Assembly (NCBI GenBank): GCA_963675665.1 | Contig: OY776510.1 | Location: 3,040,001 to 3,104,000 of the forward strand | Direction of reading: 5' to 3' | DNA length: 64,000 nucleotides | DNA from: Spirochaetia bacterium | Lineage (GTDB): Bacteria > Spirochaetota > Spirochaetia > UBA9216 | Shown: positions 39,776-48,665 of the stretch, piece after piece | How the letters are laid out: each line of letters begins with the position of its first letter | Position numbering within the stretch: position 1 is the first letter of the stretch | Notes under the pieces: model-generated | Database searches by the model: none | What the model was told of the DNA's origin: nothing | The model's input: only the letters and a program-made list of their open reading frames with translations | Made by a program: the position numbers and the translations under genes

Positions 39776-41413
39776 ATGTATTTTAATATAAACAATAATG
39801 GAAGATTTCTGATATTTCTTGTTATTTTAACATTCTTGATTCCTTCGGTATTTATTTTCAGTGAAGGCATGCAGGAATATGAACAGTCGCTGCTTGAAAA
39901 GGAAGAACTGAGTCTGATGGTACAGCAATTGTCCGATGAAATTGAAGACATGAAAGAGCAGAATGTTGATCCCTATAAAGAGATAGGTTCTGTTCCCGGT
40001 TATAACCCGAGAGCAAAATACTATGAAGTTCCGGAAGGCTTTAAAAAGATTGATTCACGAGTCAGGTATATAGGTAACCTGCGCGGCAGCTGGGAAGAGA
40101 TGGGATATCAATACGGTGAAAGAACAGGCGATTTGATTCTTAATGTTTTTAACTATTCTGTAGATTTTTTTGCTCAAAGAAATAAAGATATTAATCAGCT
40201 TAAAACAGAACTGAAATTATATCAGGCTCAAATAGAAGCGTATGCGCCGGAGATGATGGAATTTATGAAGGGCATTGCCGACGGAGCTTCCTGGCAGTTG
40301 AGCGAATCTCCCTATGCTGAAGATATGAGCGATTTTGAAAAAATTCTTCTTGTAAATATCCATCTGGATCTTGATTTTTTTCCACCGAAAACAGACGGCG
40401 GAAAAGATTTTTCAATTGAGTATTCAACTCATGATTCTCTGGCTTTAAAAGAACATTGTACCGGTTTTGCATGCAGCGGAAAGGATAGCGGCGAATTACT
40501 GTCTCCCACGAAGAATGGAGAAACAATTGTTGTAAATAACTGTGATCTTGCACAATTTGTTCCATACGGCTGGAATTGCGTTTTTATAGCCACACCAAAT
40601 GATCCGGATGCAAATACTTTCTGGTCCATACAGCCTGCTGGTGTTGTCGGCGGGTTGAATTTATGTGCCAATGATGAAGGTGTTTCACTTGGTAATTTCT
40701 TCGGAGGTCAGAGTGAGGATACCTCGTATGATTACGGCGTTCCAATGGGCGTATTGCAGATCCATGCCCTGGCGTATGCAGATACTGCAGATGAAGCCGT
40801 TGAAATTATGGTTTTTGGAGACGAGAGATACAGGTTCGAAACCAATCGCAAAAAGGTCCTTCAGACCGGGTTATGGTCCTATCTTGCAGCCGATTCCAAT
40901 GAAGTTATGGTTCTTGAAACAACGCCGAATCGTCATGCCGTTCGTTCTCCCGGCGACATGAATGAAACAGGGAATTATGTCATTTATGCCAACTGGTACG
41001 GTTCGAAACACTATTATGATGAAAACAATGTTTTCGTAAATGAACCAATCGGCATTTGCCCTCCTGAATTCCCGGAGAGGTATTATACTTATGAATGGTT
41101 TATAAAATATAATTTTGGTCAGATTGACGAAGCTATGGCTAAAGAGGGACAGAAGATAACCTACTATTATGAAAAGGATACCGGGCGCAGAATTGATTTT
41201 CTTGAGGGCAGTTCGTATCCGCTGTATTTGGGTGTGCATACCATTTCAGCATACTGGGGTGCGGCTCTTGGAATGGATATCGGCGGAACGGCCCATGCTT
41301 CACAGGTTATTGTTGAACCGGCCGGACGAATAAAGTTGAACTGGGTCCAGGGGAGGCCGTGTGAATGGGTCGGCCCATGGCAGTCGGCAGATTTTTTCGG
41401 ATATCAGAAGTAG
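39776..41413 (+). CDS. Exported C45/Ntn-hydrolase-like protein (third copy)
   Basis: Signal peptide plus coiled coil; GSWEEMGYQYG, EFMKGIADG, H|CTGFA nucleophile and NDEGVS. AGGAG RBS before ATG 39776. Confidence 0.75.
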   Translation: MYFNINNNGRFLIFLVILTFLIPSVFIFSEGMQEYEQSLLEKEELSLMVQQLSDEIEDMKEQNVDPYKEIGSVPGYNPRAKYYEVPEGFKKIDSRVRYIGNLRGSWEEMGYQYGERTGDLILNVFNYSVDFFAQRNKDINQLKTELKLYQAQIEAYAPEMMEFMKGIADGASWQLSESPYAEDMSDFEKILLVNIHLDLDFFPPKTDGGKDFSIEYSTHDSLALKEHCTGFACSGKDSGELLSPTKNGETIVVNNCDLAQFVPYGWNCVFIATPNDPDANTFWSIQPAGVVGGLNLCANDEGVSLGNFFGGQSEDTSYDYGVPMGVLQIHALAYADTADEAVEIMVFGDERYRFETNRKKVLQTGLWSYLAADSNEVMVLETTPNRHAVRSPGDMNETGNYVIYANWYGSKHYYDENNVFVNEPIGICPPEFPERYYTYEWFIKYNFGQIDEAMAKEGQKITYYYEKDTGRRIDFLEGSSYPLYLGVHTISAYWGAALGMDIGGTAHASQVIVEPAGRIKLNWVQGRPCEWVGPWQSADFFGYQK

Positions 41414-41425
41414 CAAATATTTCAC

Positions 41426-41462
41426 ATTATATTCCCGGGAGGTTTTAACCCGGGAATATAAT
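41426..41462. terminator. Probable bidirectional terminator between convergent operons
   Basis: Perfect 14-bp stem attatattcccggg-aggttttaa-cccgggaatataat. Confidence 0.7.
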
Positions 41463-41683
41463 ATCAGTTCAGGTTCATGAATCACGGTTCGGATTTAGAA
41501 GCGTTATTTTATCGTGGGAGAAAGAAAGTAATTGTACTGACGGGCGATGATTTTTATCTTTCGGATTTGTGCGGCGAGTCCGAGGCCTAAGAAGAACTTG
41601 ATATTCTTCTGAAAAAGTTTTGTGCAGAATGATTAAACGCTGATATTTGAATTGATAAAATGATTATTTTATCTTGTGTTAAA

Positions 41684-43237
41684 TTACTCCTCGGTCCAGT
41701 CCAGGTAGTGAATATATGCTGCTCCGCCGCTGACGCCTCCTTCATCTTCGTAGGGCGCGCCGACAATAGCGTAATTGCCGTCTGCATTGACGGAAAAACC
41801 GAAATTGTCGCCTTCCTCAGCATCGAATGCAAAAATTTTCTCGCCTGAGTCCCAGGTGTTTGTTCCGGTTCGGTGAAACAGAACAACAGCTCCGGCGCTG
41901 GCTCCGGCGCTGTCGTTGCCCGGCGCGCTTATAAGAGCCCTGTCGCCCGCTATGGATACTTTTCTGCCGAAAAACTCTCCGGACTGGGCATTCGGCGCCG
42001 TAAGTTTATAACCGGCGTCCCAGGTTGTGGTATCTGTACGGCGAAAGATGTAGGCTGCGCCGGCATTTTCACCCATATCTTCATTACAATCTGCTCCGAC
42101 AACGGCATAGTCACCGTCTATGGCTACGTATGAGCCGAACTGGTTTTCGGCCCCGTCGATAACAGCCGAGGGCTCGGTAATCTTTATTCCCGAGTCCCAG
42201 GTATTGTTGTCGGTGTCGGTGCAATGAAAAAAATAGGCGGCACCTGCGCCTAAAAAGGGATACGGTCCTACAACGGCATAACTTCCGCTTATTGCAACTG
42301 AATTACCGAAAAGCTCATTTTCATAGGGTGCGGTCGACTTGATTTCTGTTCCGGCGTCCCAGATGTTTGAGGCCGTATCAGTACAATGAAAAATATAGGC
42401 GGAGCCTTCTCCAACATGGCTGTCATAATCACCTGTAGCCCCGATAATTGCATACTCCCCGTCGATATCAACCCTGTCGCCGAAATACTTGTTATTATTC
42501 GGATCAGAAGGAACAATTTTTGTGCCTGTGTCCCAGGTATTGCCGCCGGTACGTCTGAAGATATAGGCTGCGCCGCTGTCTGAACCTCCGCCGTTATCGT
42601 TGCGCCATGCGCCGACAATAATATAGTTTCCGTCGATTGCAACTGCAATTCCAAACTCGTCTTCTGCAGTCGGGTCAGTCGCAACAAGTCTTGTTGCTTC
42701 ACCCCAGCTGTTTGTTCCGGTTCGGTGAAAAACATAGGCGGCTCCCGCTTCGGTTGTAGCGCCGTAGTCTTCCTTGCTGGCTCCTACTACGGCGTAATCG
42801 CCGCTTACGTCGACGTAACGGCCGAAATTTGCGCCGTCAGCGGGGTTTTGCGACAGAAGTTTGATCATGTCGGGGTACCACTGGGCGTAGAGGGCAACAT
42901 CTTCAGTGCCCATGGAAAAGGTCTCACCAGGTTCATAGGAAATGCCGCTTCCGTTCGACGCTGTGTTCCATGATGAAAAAGTAAATCCGTCCCGGTCAAG
43001 GTTTCCCTCGTCAAGAACGGTGACTGAAGCATTTTCTTCGTAGGCGTTTGCGTCCAGGGGAACTGTGCCGCCGTCCGAATTATGACCCATATAGGTAACT
43101 GTAAAGGTCGGCGCTTCAGCGGTAAGCCCGAGATCGGAATTTATTTTCTGCTGGATTATATCTACAAATGAAGAGTTAAAGGTGCAGGCGGTAATAATAA
43201 CGGGTATTGCTGTCAGTATAAATACCTGAAAAACCAA
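41684..43237 (-). CDS. Lipoprotein: conserved N-terminal tag, InlB-B/Flg_new repeat and FG-GAP beta-propeller (5' end appears frameshifted)
   Basis: Lipobox ITA|C. VTYMGHNSDGGTVP...GFTFSSWNTASNGSG...LYAQW repeat; seven FGxxVxIxGDYAxVGA...GAAYIF repeats. The RBS-linked ATG at 43257 is out of frame by 1 nt. Confidence 0.85.
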   Translation of the reverse strand: MVFQVFILTAIPVIITACTFNSSFVDIIQQKINSDLGLTAEAPTFTVTYMGHNSDGGTVPLDANAYEENASVTVLDEGNLDRDGFTFSSWNTASNGSGISYEPGETFSMGTEDVALYAQWYPDMIKLLSQNPADGANFGRYVDVSGDYAVVGASKEDYGATTEAGAAYVFHRTGTNSWGEATRLVATDPTAEDEFGIAVAIDGNYIIVGAWRNDNGGGSDSGAAYIFRRTGGNTWDTGTKIVPSDPNNNKYFGDRVDIDGEYAIIGATGDYDSHVGEGSAYIFHCTDTASNIWDAGTEIKSTAPYENELFGNSVAISGSYAVVGPYPFLGAGAAYFFHCTDTDNNTWDSGIKITEPSAVIDGAENQFGSYVAIDGDYAVVGADCNEDMGENAGAAYIFRRTDTTTWDAGYKLTAPNAQSGEFFGRKVSIAGDRALISAPGNDSAGASAGAVVLFHRTGTNTWDSGEKIFAFDAEEGDNFGFSVNADGNYAIVGAPYEDEGGVSGGAAYIHYLDWTEE

Positions 43238-43273
43238 TTGTTTTTTTCTTTCTGCATCTTTTCCCCTTTTAAA

Positions 43274-44764
43274 TCAGTCCCTGTAAAACCAGGATACGGA
43301 ATCTGCTCTGTTGCCGGTGACATAGGCATAGGCGCCGTCGGCGGTTACAGCTATCGAGTCCGCTTCGTCAATGTAATCACTGCTGACTTCACACATATAG
43401 GTCATTTCGCCGGTGCCTGCGTCAGTTGAAAGACAGGCCACATCGGTGTCTCCCGGCACGTATACTGTAGCGTCATCAGGCGATAAGGCAACGCAGGAGG
43501 CAAAATACATGCTGTCGTTTGAAACCCTGTGCATATACGAGAGCGCGCCGGTGCCGGTATTTCTTGAAAATGCTGCTGCGCCGCTACCGCCGGATGTTGT
43601 ATAGACATTATTCCCGTCCGCTGTAACAGCTGCAAACGTTATAGTATCAATATTTGAATTGGTTAATTCACCAACATATGAAAGGGCCCCGGTTCCGGAA
43701 TCTCTGTTAAACCAGGCAACTGTATCGGTATTAAATGCATAGACGTGCAGCCCGTCAGGCGAGACGGTAACGAATGAAAAGAATGTACTATATGTGTATT
43801 CTCCCGTGTAAGTAAGGGTCCCGGTATCAGTGTTCCTGGTAAACCAGGTTACCTTGTTGGCGCTTGAGCAAACCGCATAAACATGTTTGTTGTCCGGTGA
43901 AACCGCTACGGATCTTGTATTTACTATAGATTGATGCCAGAGTTTGTCTATATAGGTCAGGGCGCCGGTGTCGGTGTTCCTGGAAAACCAGGCTACCGAG
44001 CTTTTGTTAAACGAGGCAAGATAGATGTGCTTTCCGTCGGGGGCAATTGTAATCTGGTAGGGATAGCTCAGGTTATCGGAATCAACGTACCGGTCTGTAT
44101 AGGAAAGGGCCCCGGTATCAGCGTCTCTGGAAAACCAGGCAATCCCGGCGTCGCCTAACAGGCAGACATAAACATGCTTATTATCAGGCGAAAGGATAAT
44201 ATCGGTTGGAGAGTTTATTGTAGTTTCATCCGAATAGCTGCCGATATAAGAGAGCTCGCCGGGGTTATTTATTCCGGTAACCGAGAATATATAGTTCTTC
44301 TCATCAGTGTCGTTTGTTGTCACCATTACCGTTGCTGACTTGTTCCCGCTGGATAGGGGATCAAACCTTACTGTAAAGGTTGTTGAACCTGAAGGTGTAA
44401 CGGAGGCTGATGTTCCGTCGGTCAGATCAAAGTCAGCTGTATTCCCTGACGATAAAGATACGCTTTCGATAACAAGGTCGGCTGTTCCCGTGTTTTCGAT
44501 CGTAAAGGTTATTTCTCCGCTCGCGTAGCCCCCGTCGCCGTCGTTATGCATATGGCCGAAGCTGTATGTCCCCATGCCTGAAGCCAGTTCGGTTGAACCC
44601 TGCTTTACGGCAATTTCCGGTTCCGCAACCTCGTCGGTAATACCCAGATCGGTATTAATCTTGTCCTGGATCAAATCGACAAAGGACGACTCAAAGCTGC
44701 ATGACGCTGAGAAGGCTGTCAGGATTATAATTAATAATATTATTTTTCTATTTACATTTTTCAT
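43274..44764 (-). CDS. Lipoprotein: conserved N-terminal tag, ASH/choice-of-anchor-D Ig domain and lactonase-like beta-propeller
   Basis: Lipobox SAS|C. PEIAV...FTIENTGTADL...FTVRFDP...NDTDE Ig domain; repeated SPDNKHVY...WFSRNTDTGALTY blades. Confidence 0.88.
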   Translation of the reverse strand: MKNVNRKIILLIIILTAFSASCSFESSFVDLIQDKINTDLGITDEVAEPEIAVKQGSTELASGMGTYSFGHMHNDGDGGYASGEITFTIENTGTADLVIESVSLSSGNTADFDLTDGTSASVTPSGSTTFTVRFDPLSSGNKSATVMVTTNDTDEKNYIFSVTGINNPGELSYIGSYSDETTINSPTDIILSPDNKHVYVCLLGDAGIAWFSRDADTGALSYTDRYVDSDNLSYPYQITIAPDGKHIYLASFNKSSVAWFSRNTDTGALTYIDKLWHQSIVNTRSVAVSPDNKHVYAVCSSANKVTWFTRNTDTGTLTYTGEYTYSTFFSFVTVSPDGLHVYAFNTDTVAWFNRDSGTGALSYVGELTNSNIDTITFAAVTADGNNVYTTSGGSGAAAFSRNTGTGALSYMHRVSNDSMYFASCVALSPDDATVYVPGDTDVACLSTDAGTGEMTYMCEVSSDYIDEADSIAVTADGAYAYVTGNRADSVSWFYRD

Positions 44765-44789
44765 TATGCCATATCCTGTTTTCTCCGGA

Positions 44790-46394
44790 TTACCTGAACC
44801 GATATACTATATTAAGATCATCGGAAGAACTCCCTGCGACGACTATCTTGCCGTCTGAATCCGTTGCTATTCCCGCGCCGGTAGCGGAGGTGCCGTCGTC
44901 GCAGACAAAAGCGCCGTCTGTACCGAAGGTCGGGTCGGAGGTCCCGTCGGGCAGGTACCTCCAGATTGCTATCCGCCCCGTATGTGATGCATCTACATCA
45001 ACCCTTCCTGTAACCAGGATGTTACCTGCGTTATCCAGACAGAGGCCGTAACCATAGTTAAACATGTAACCATAGCTGTACTCCAGGTATCCGTTTATGC
45101 CGAATGAGGTATCCAGTGAACCGTCATCATTCAGACGTAACAGAATCATATAGTAGTTACTGCCGTCATAGGCGTATCCTGTCACGAGGATTTTCCCGTT
45201 GGCATCAATGATGACGTCCTGACCGTAATTGCTGGTGTTTCCCAGTTCGGCACTGCCTAATATTACTGCGCCGGATGTTCCGAAGGTGCTGTCGGCTGTA
45301 CCGTCGTTTTTGTATCTCCAGACACCAAGGTTTCGCACTGCACCGGAATAAATATATCCGGTTACAACAATATTATTCTCTTCGTCAAGGGTAACCGCAG
45401 AACCCCAATCGTTTTCGCCGTGGTCTATTGTGACGGTGCCGTCGTCATCAAAGGATGTATTTTCTGAACCGTCGTCGTTGTATCGTTGGATTAAAATGTC
45501 GTCGTCGGAAACAGGCCTTGTATAACCGGCAACTACAATCTTGCCGCTGTCGTCGATAACAATGCCGTTTGCAACGTCTGAATCGTTGGTTACGTCACCT
45601 TCGTAGTTAACCATAGAAAATGATGAGTCTGTATTCCCGTTTTCCAGATAGCGCCAGATAGCCAGATCAACAAAACCTGCTCCATCTCCGGTTTTCCCTG
45701 CAATTAAAATATTATTGCTGCCGTCGGTAGTTATATCGCAACCTTCAACAGGATCAGTGCCTGAAGAGCTGATTATTCCGTCGGTATTGAAGGTCTGGTC
45801 AAGACTACCGTTGCTGTTATAACGGCAGGAGTACATGTCCATTTCTCCACCCATAAGTGTATCGGCCCAACCGGTTACAAGGATTCTGCCCTCAGTATCG
45901 AAATGGACAGCATTCCATCCTCCCTGGCTCAGGCTCTGGCCTTTTAATTCCTGGCGAACGTAGCCCAGCGTATTGAAGTCGGTATCGATTTCACCCTTCG
46001 GGAGCACCAGGAACTCGCATGTTGCTGAAAATTCCCCGTCGGAGGTTGTCGCGGTAATGGTTGCGCTTCCAGGTCCGGTGCCGGTCACAAGGCCCGTATC
46101 GCTGACTGCGGCTTTGTTCCCGTCGTTGCTGGACCAGTTGACGACCTGGTTTGTTGCATTGGCGGGTTCAAAAACTGCCGTCAGCTGCTGTGTATACCCC
46201 GAGGTGACTGTAATATCAGATTTGTCGAGAGTGATGCCGGTTGCAGCCACATTACCTGCAATCCCAAGGTCGGTATTAATCTTGTCCTGGATAAGATCGA
46301 CAAAGGACGACTCAAAGCTGCAGGAGAATATCAGAAATACAAACGGTATGACGGTAAATGAGATTGACGCTGATAAAAAAAGTTTTTTTCTCAT
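44790..46394 (-). CDS. Lipoprotein: conserved N-terminal tag, Big_2 Ig domain and delta-60-repeat propeller
   Basis: ATG 46394 overlaps the upstream TGA (ATGA). Lipobox IFS|C. ATGITLDK...PANATNQVVNWSS...GSATITATT; repeated GKIVVAG...RYNxDGSLDxSFG. Confidence 0.88.
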   Translation of the reverse strand: MRKKLFLSASISFTVIPFVFLIFSCSFESSFVDLIQDKINTDLGIAGNVAATGITLDKSDITVTSGYTQQLTAVFEPANATNQVVNWSSNDGNKAAVSDTGLVTGTGPGSATITATTSDGEFSATCEFLVLPKGEIDTDFNTLGYVRQELKGQSLSQGGWNAVHFDTEGRILVTGWADTLMGGEMDMYSCRYNSNGSLDQTFNTDGIISSSGTDPVEGCDITTDGSNNILIAGKTGDGAGFVDLAIWRYLENGNTDSSFSMVNYEGDVTNDSDVANGIVIDDSGKIVVAGYTRPVSDDDILIQRYNDDGSENTSFDDDGTVTIDHGENDWGSAVTLDEENNIVVTGYIYSGAVRNLGVWRYKNDGTADSTFGTSGAVILGSAELGNTSNYGQDVIIDANGKILVTGYAYDGSNYYMILLRLNDDGSLDTSFGINGYLEYSYGYMFNYGYGLCLDNAGNILVTGRVDVDASHTGRIAIWRYLPDGTSDPTFGTDGAFVCDDGTSATGAGIATDSDGKIVVAGSSSDDLNIVYRFR

Positions 46395-48505
46395 TCTTCT
46401 TCTTCCCATAAAACCGTATCGCGGAGTCCTGCTGTATCGGCCGCCCTTACGGCTTCTTCGCCCCTCAGGTCAAGATACGCAAACTGTGATGCCGTTTCGG
46501 GGGAAAGAATTTTTAACCGTTCGTATGTTTCCCCTACCATGCCGTAGTTTTCAAGTTCATGATTGCAGCGTGAAATACCCAGCAGGGCGGTTTTATCTTC
46601 GCTGTTAACAGCAAGCGCCTGCTGATAATACCCGAGCGCCTGTTTAAAATCATCCTGGATGAAATAAATATTTCCAAGGTTATTTAATGACGGTCTGTAT
46701 TTTACAGTGCTGATGATTTTCTTAAAAAGATCGGCCGCGCGATCGTATAGACCGTAGCGGGCGTATAAAACAGCCAGTCTGTTCTGCAGCTTGTATTTTG
46801 TATTGCTTTGCTCGATCTTTGCCTGCAACTGGGCCGTCTGGGGGTAAATTTCCTGCTCAATGTGCCTGGAGAGGGTATTTTTAAAGGAATCTTGTACCTT
46901 ATCCTTGTCCGGAAGGTTGATAGCAACAGAGCTTTCACTGAAACCGACGGCCTGATAGGTCTTCCATGATTCCCTGGTAGGGTAGAGTACGGCCTGTTCC
47001 TTCGATGCGTTCTCGCGCCACTCCTTTGCCCCGGACTGCCAGGCATTTCTGAAATTGTCCTGGAACATCGTGATCTCAACCGGGACCCATGCCTTGTTTT
47101 CGCGGAAGATAAGTTCGTCCGACCGGCTGAAGACGTTCCGCGCCTCGTCAGGACCTGTTTTCAGCGCAAATGCGGTGTAAATATGACCCGGAATGGTTAT
47201 GACTGCAGTCTCAACGCCTACTGCCTCAAGCAGAGCTGTGTACAAGGCGGAAAGATCATCGCAGTCGCCGTTGGTGTATTCCAGGGTCTGCCTTGGAAAC
47301 TGGAGAAAATCAACAACTGTTGTCTCCTGTGATAATTCGGAAAAAGGAGTAGAAGGATCAATTTCATATTGTATCCCGTAGATTTGTATCGCGTTAAACA
47401 GCGCCATTGCCTTTTGTAAATTCTCATCCACAGCAGGATTCTCTACTTCATGCATCCAGCTCATAACGTTCTTTGAGAAACTCAGCACAATAGGGTCTTT
47501 TGCGGTAATAAATGATGATATCTTTCGATCGTCGTCCCAAACCAGGGCGTTACGGTTATGAAACTCAAGCACGGGGTTATACTCGGCCGAATAGAGTTGA
47601 CCGTCCAGAGTATACGAAACAGTGATCTTTGTGGAAGCCTTGGTGCCTTCGGTAATATCCATAAGATCTTCGGTAAAGAGTCCCAGAAGATTTATTACAG
47701 TTTCTTCTCTCGGTTCCAGGTTAAAGCTCGCGCCGCTTTCCATCGGGTTGTCCATATAGCGTTCAACATAGAATTTTATCTTTATGTCCTTTACCGGCTT
47801 TTTCTCATGATTAACAACCCTTGCAGTTCCTACAGGATTATTATCGTAGTATTTGTAGAGGACCGGAAAAAGCTGGTTGAGAGTAATATCCTGAAGGCCT
47901 ATGCCCCTTCCGTCTTCAAGGGTCTGCGGCTGCATTCCGCCGGGCATGAATGATGTGCCGGAAGATGATTTTACGGGAACATCCATCTTCAGCAACAGGC
48001 TGAAATTGATTCCATTATAAAGATTTTTCATGAAATCATATGAAGTGCCGATTCCGAGAGAAAACGGTCCGGCAAGTTTAAACGTTCCTGCCGCGCTGGT
48101 TTTTATATAAAAGTCTCCGCCGTTCCCGTCGCCTGCGTCCCAGCCGACAGGGTTCCAGGAATAATAACCGAAATTACCGAAAATATTCAAACCGAAGCGA
48201 TTGCCAAGAGGAAAGTTGATAACAGGTCCGGCCCCGAAGCCGAGCGTTCTGATTGAATCCGCCGTCTCAAGCGGAAGAACGGTGAAGTCTCCGCCTATAC
48301 CCAGGCCGAAATATTTTAAGAATGAGGGAATAAAAAAGGCTTCAACTTCAGCGCCGGCCCCCATTTTAAATAATGCGGTACTGCTGGCACCGAGAGGGAC
48401 AGCTCCGTGGGGAACAACATTAATCGACAAAATATTTTCCTGCTGACTGAAAACCACGGGGGCTACAAGTATCAAAACAAACAATATTGCTATAAACTTT
48501 TTCAT
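46391..48505 (-). CDS. Outer-membrane beta-barrel, Ig-like, transglutaminase-like and TPR protein
   Basis: AGGAGA RBS before ATG 48505 and a signal peptide. About 8 amphipathic aromatic strands (GFGAGPVINFPLGNRFGLNIFGNFGYYSW). Transglutaminase-like core GDCDD...PGHIY...WVPVEIT and TPRs NRLAVLYARYG, NNLGNIYF. Confidence 0.8.
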   Translation of the reverse strand: MKKFIAILFVLILVAPVVFSQQENILSINVVPHGAVPLGASSTALFKMGAGAEVEAFFIPSFLKYFGLGIGGDFTVLPLETADSIRTLGFGAGPVINFPLGNRFGLNIFGNFGYYSWNPVGWDAGDGNGGDFYIKTSAAGTFKLAGPFSLGIGTSYDFMKNLYNGINFSLLLKMDVPVKSSSGTSFMPGGMQPQTLEDGRGIGLQDITLNQLFPVLYKYYDNNPVGTARVVNHEKKPVKDIKIKFYVERYMDNPMESGASFNLEPREETVINLLGLFTEDLMDITEGTKASTKITVSYTLDGQLYSAEYNPVLEFHNRNALVWDDDRKISSFITAKDPIVLSFSKNVMSWMHEVENPAVDENLQKAMALFNAIQIYGIQYEIDPSTPFSELSQETTVVDFLQFPRQTLEYTNGDCDDLSALYTALLEAVGVETAVITIPGHIYTAFALKTGPDEARNVFSRSDELIFRENKAWVPVEITMFQDNFRNAWQSGAKEWRENASKEQAVLYPTRESWKTYQAVGFSESSVAINLPDKDKVQDSFKNTLSRHIEQEIYPQTAQLQAKIEQSNTKYKLQNRLAVLYARYGLYDRAADLFKKIISTVKYRPSLNNLGNIYFIQDDFKQALGYYQQALAVNSEDKTALLGISRCNHELENYGMVGETYERLKILSPETASQFAYLDLRGEEAVRAADTAGLRDTVLWEEEE

Positions 48506-48563
48506 TATTTCTCTCCTAATGCAGCGTGAAAATAAGCTTTGCTGATATTGTAACATCTATTTC

Positions 48564-48579
48564 GGCATACTTCATGCCA
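48564..48579 (-). promoter_or_regulatory. Candidate sigma54 promoter or palindromic operator for the barrel-lipoprotein operon
   Basis: Minus strand reads TGGCATGAAGTATGCC (GG-N10-GC), about 60 bp upstream of ATG 48505. It is also an inverted repeat (ggcat-N-atgcc). Confidence 0.5.
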
Positions 48580-48633
48580 TATTTATATAAAGAGTAATAT
48601 TTTATCTAAAGAGATTTACATTTGTATAGGTAA

Positions 48634-48665
48634 ATTAAATTAAAGCCCTGCAGATAACGGGGCTT
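48634..48665 (-). terminator. Intrinsic terminator of hisS
   Basis: Minus strand aagccccg-ttatctg-cagggctt followed by a U-rich taatttaat tract, directly at the hisS stop. Confidence 0.55.

Noticed and set aside
41478-41632. Short interrupted frame MNHGSDLEALFYRGRKKVIV...*EELDILLKKFCAE*
   Set aside because: Too short, no RBS and no recognisable family; cannot support a pseudogene call.
41700-45900. Recurrent DNA words (e.g. cccaggt, aaaccagg, ccgtcg) suggesting an array
   Set aside because: Explained by protein propeller repeats (FG-GAP, lactonase-like, delta-60). There is no constant-repeat/unique-spacer pattern, so this is not CRISPR.
44640-46321. 61-bp near-identical repeat pair considered as a DGR template/variable repeat
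   Set aside because: Differences are synonymous and not adenine-restricted, both copies are at gene 5' ends, and no reverse transcriptase is present in the window.
45973-46608. 211-aa plus-strand ORF
   Set aside because: Antisense to the Big_2 lipoprotein and the barrel gene; typical mirror translation.
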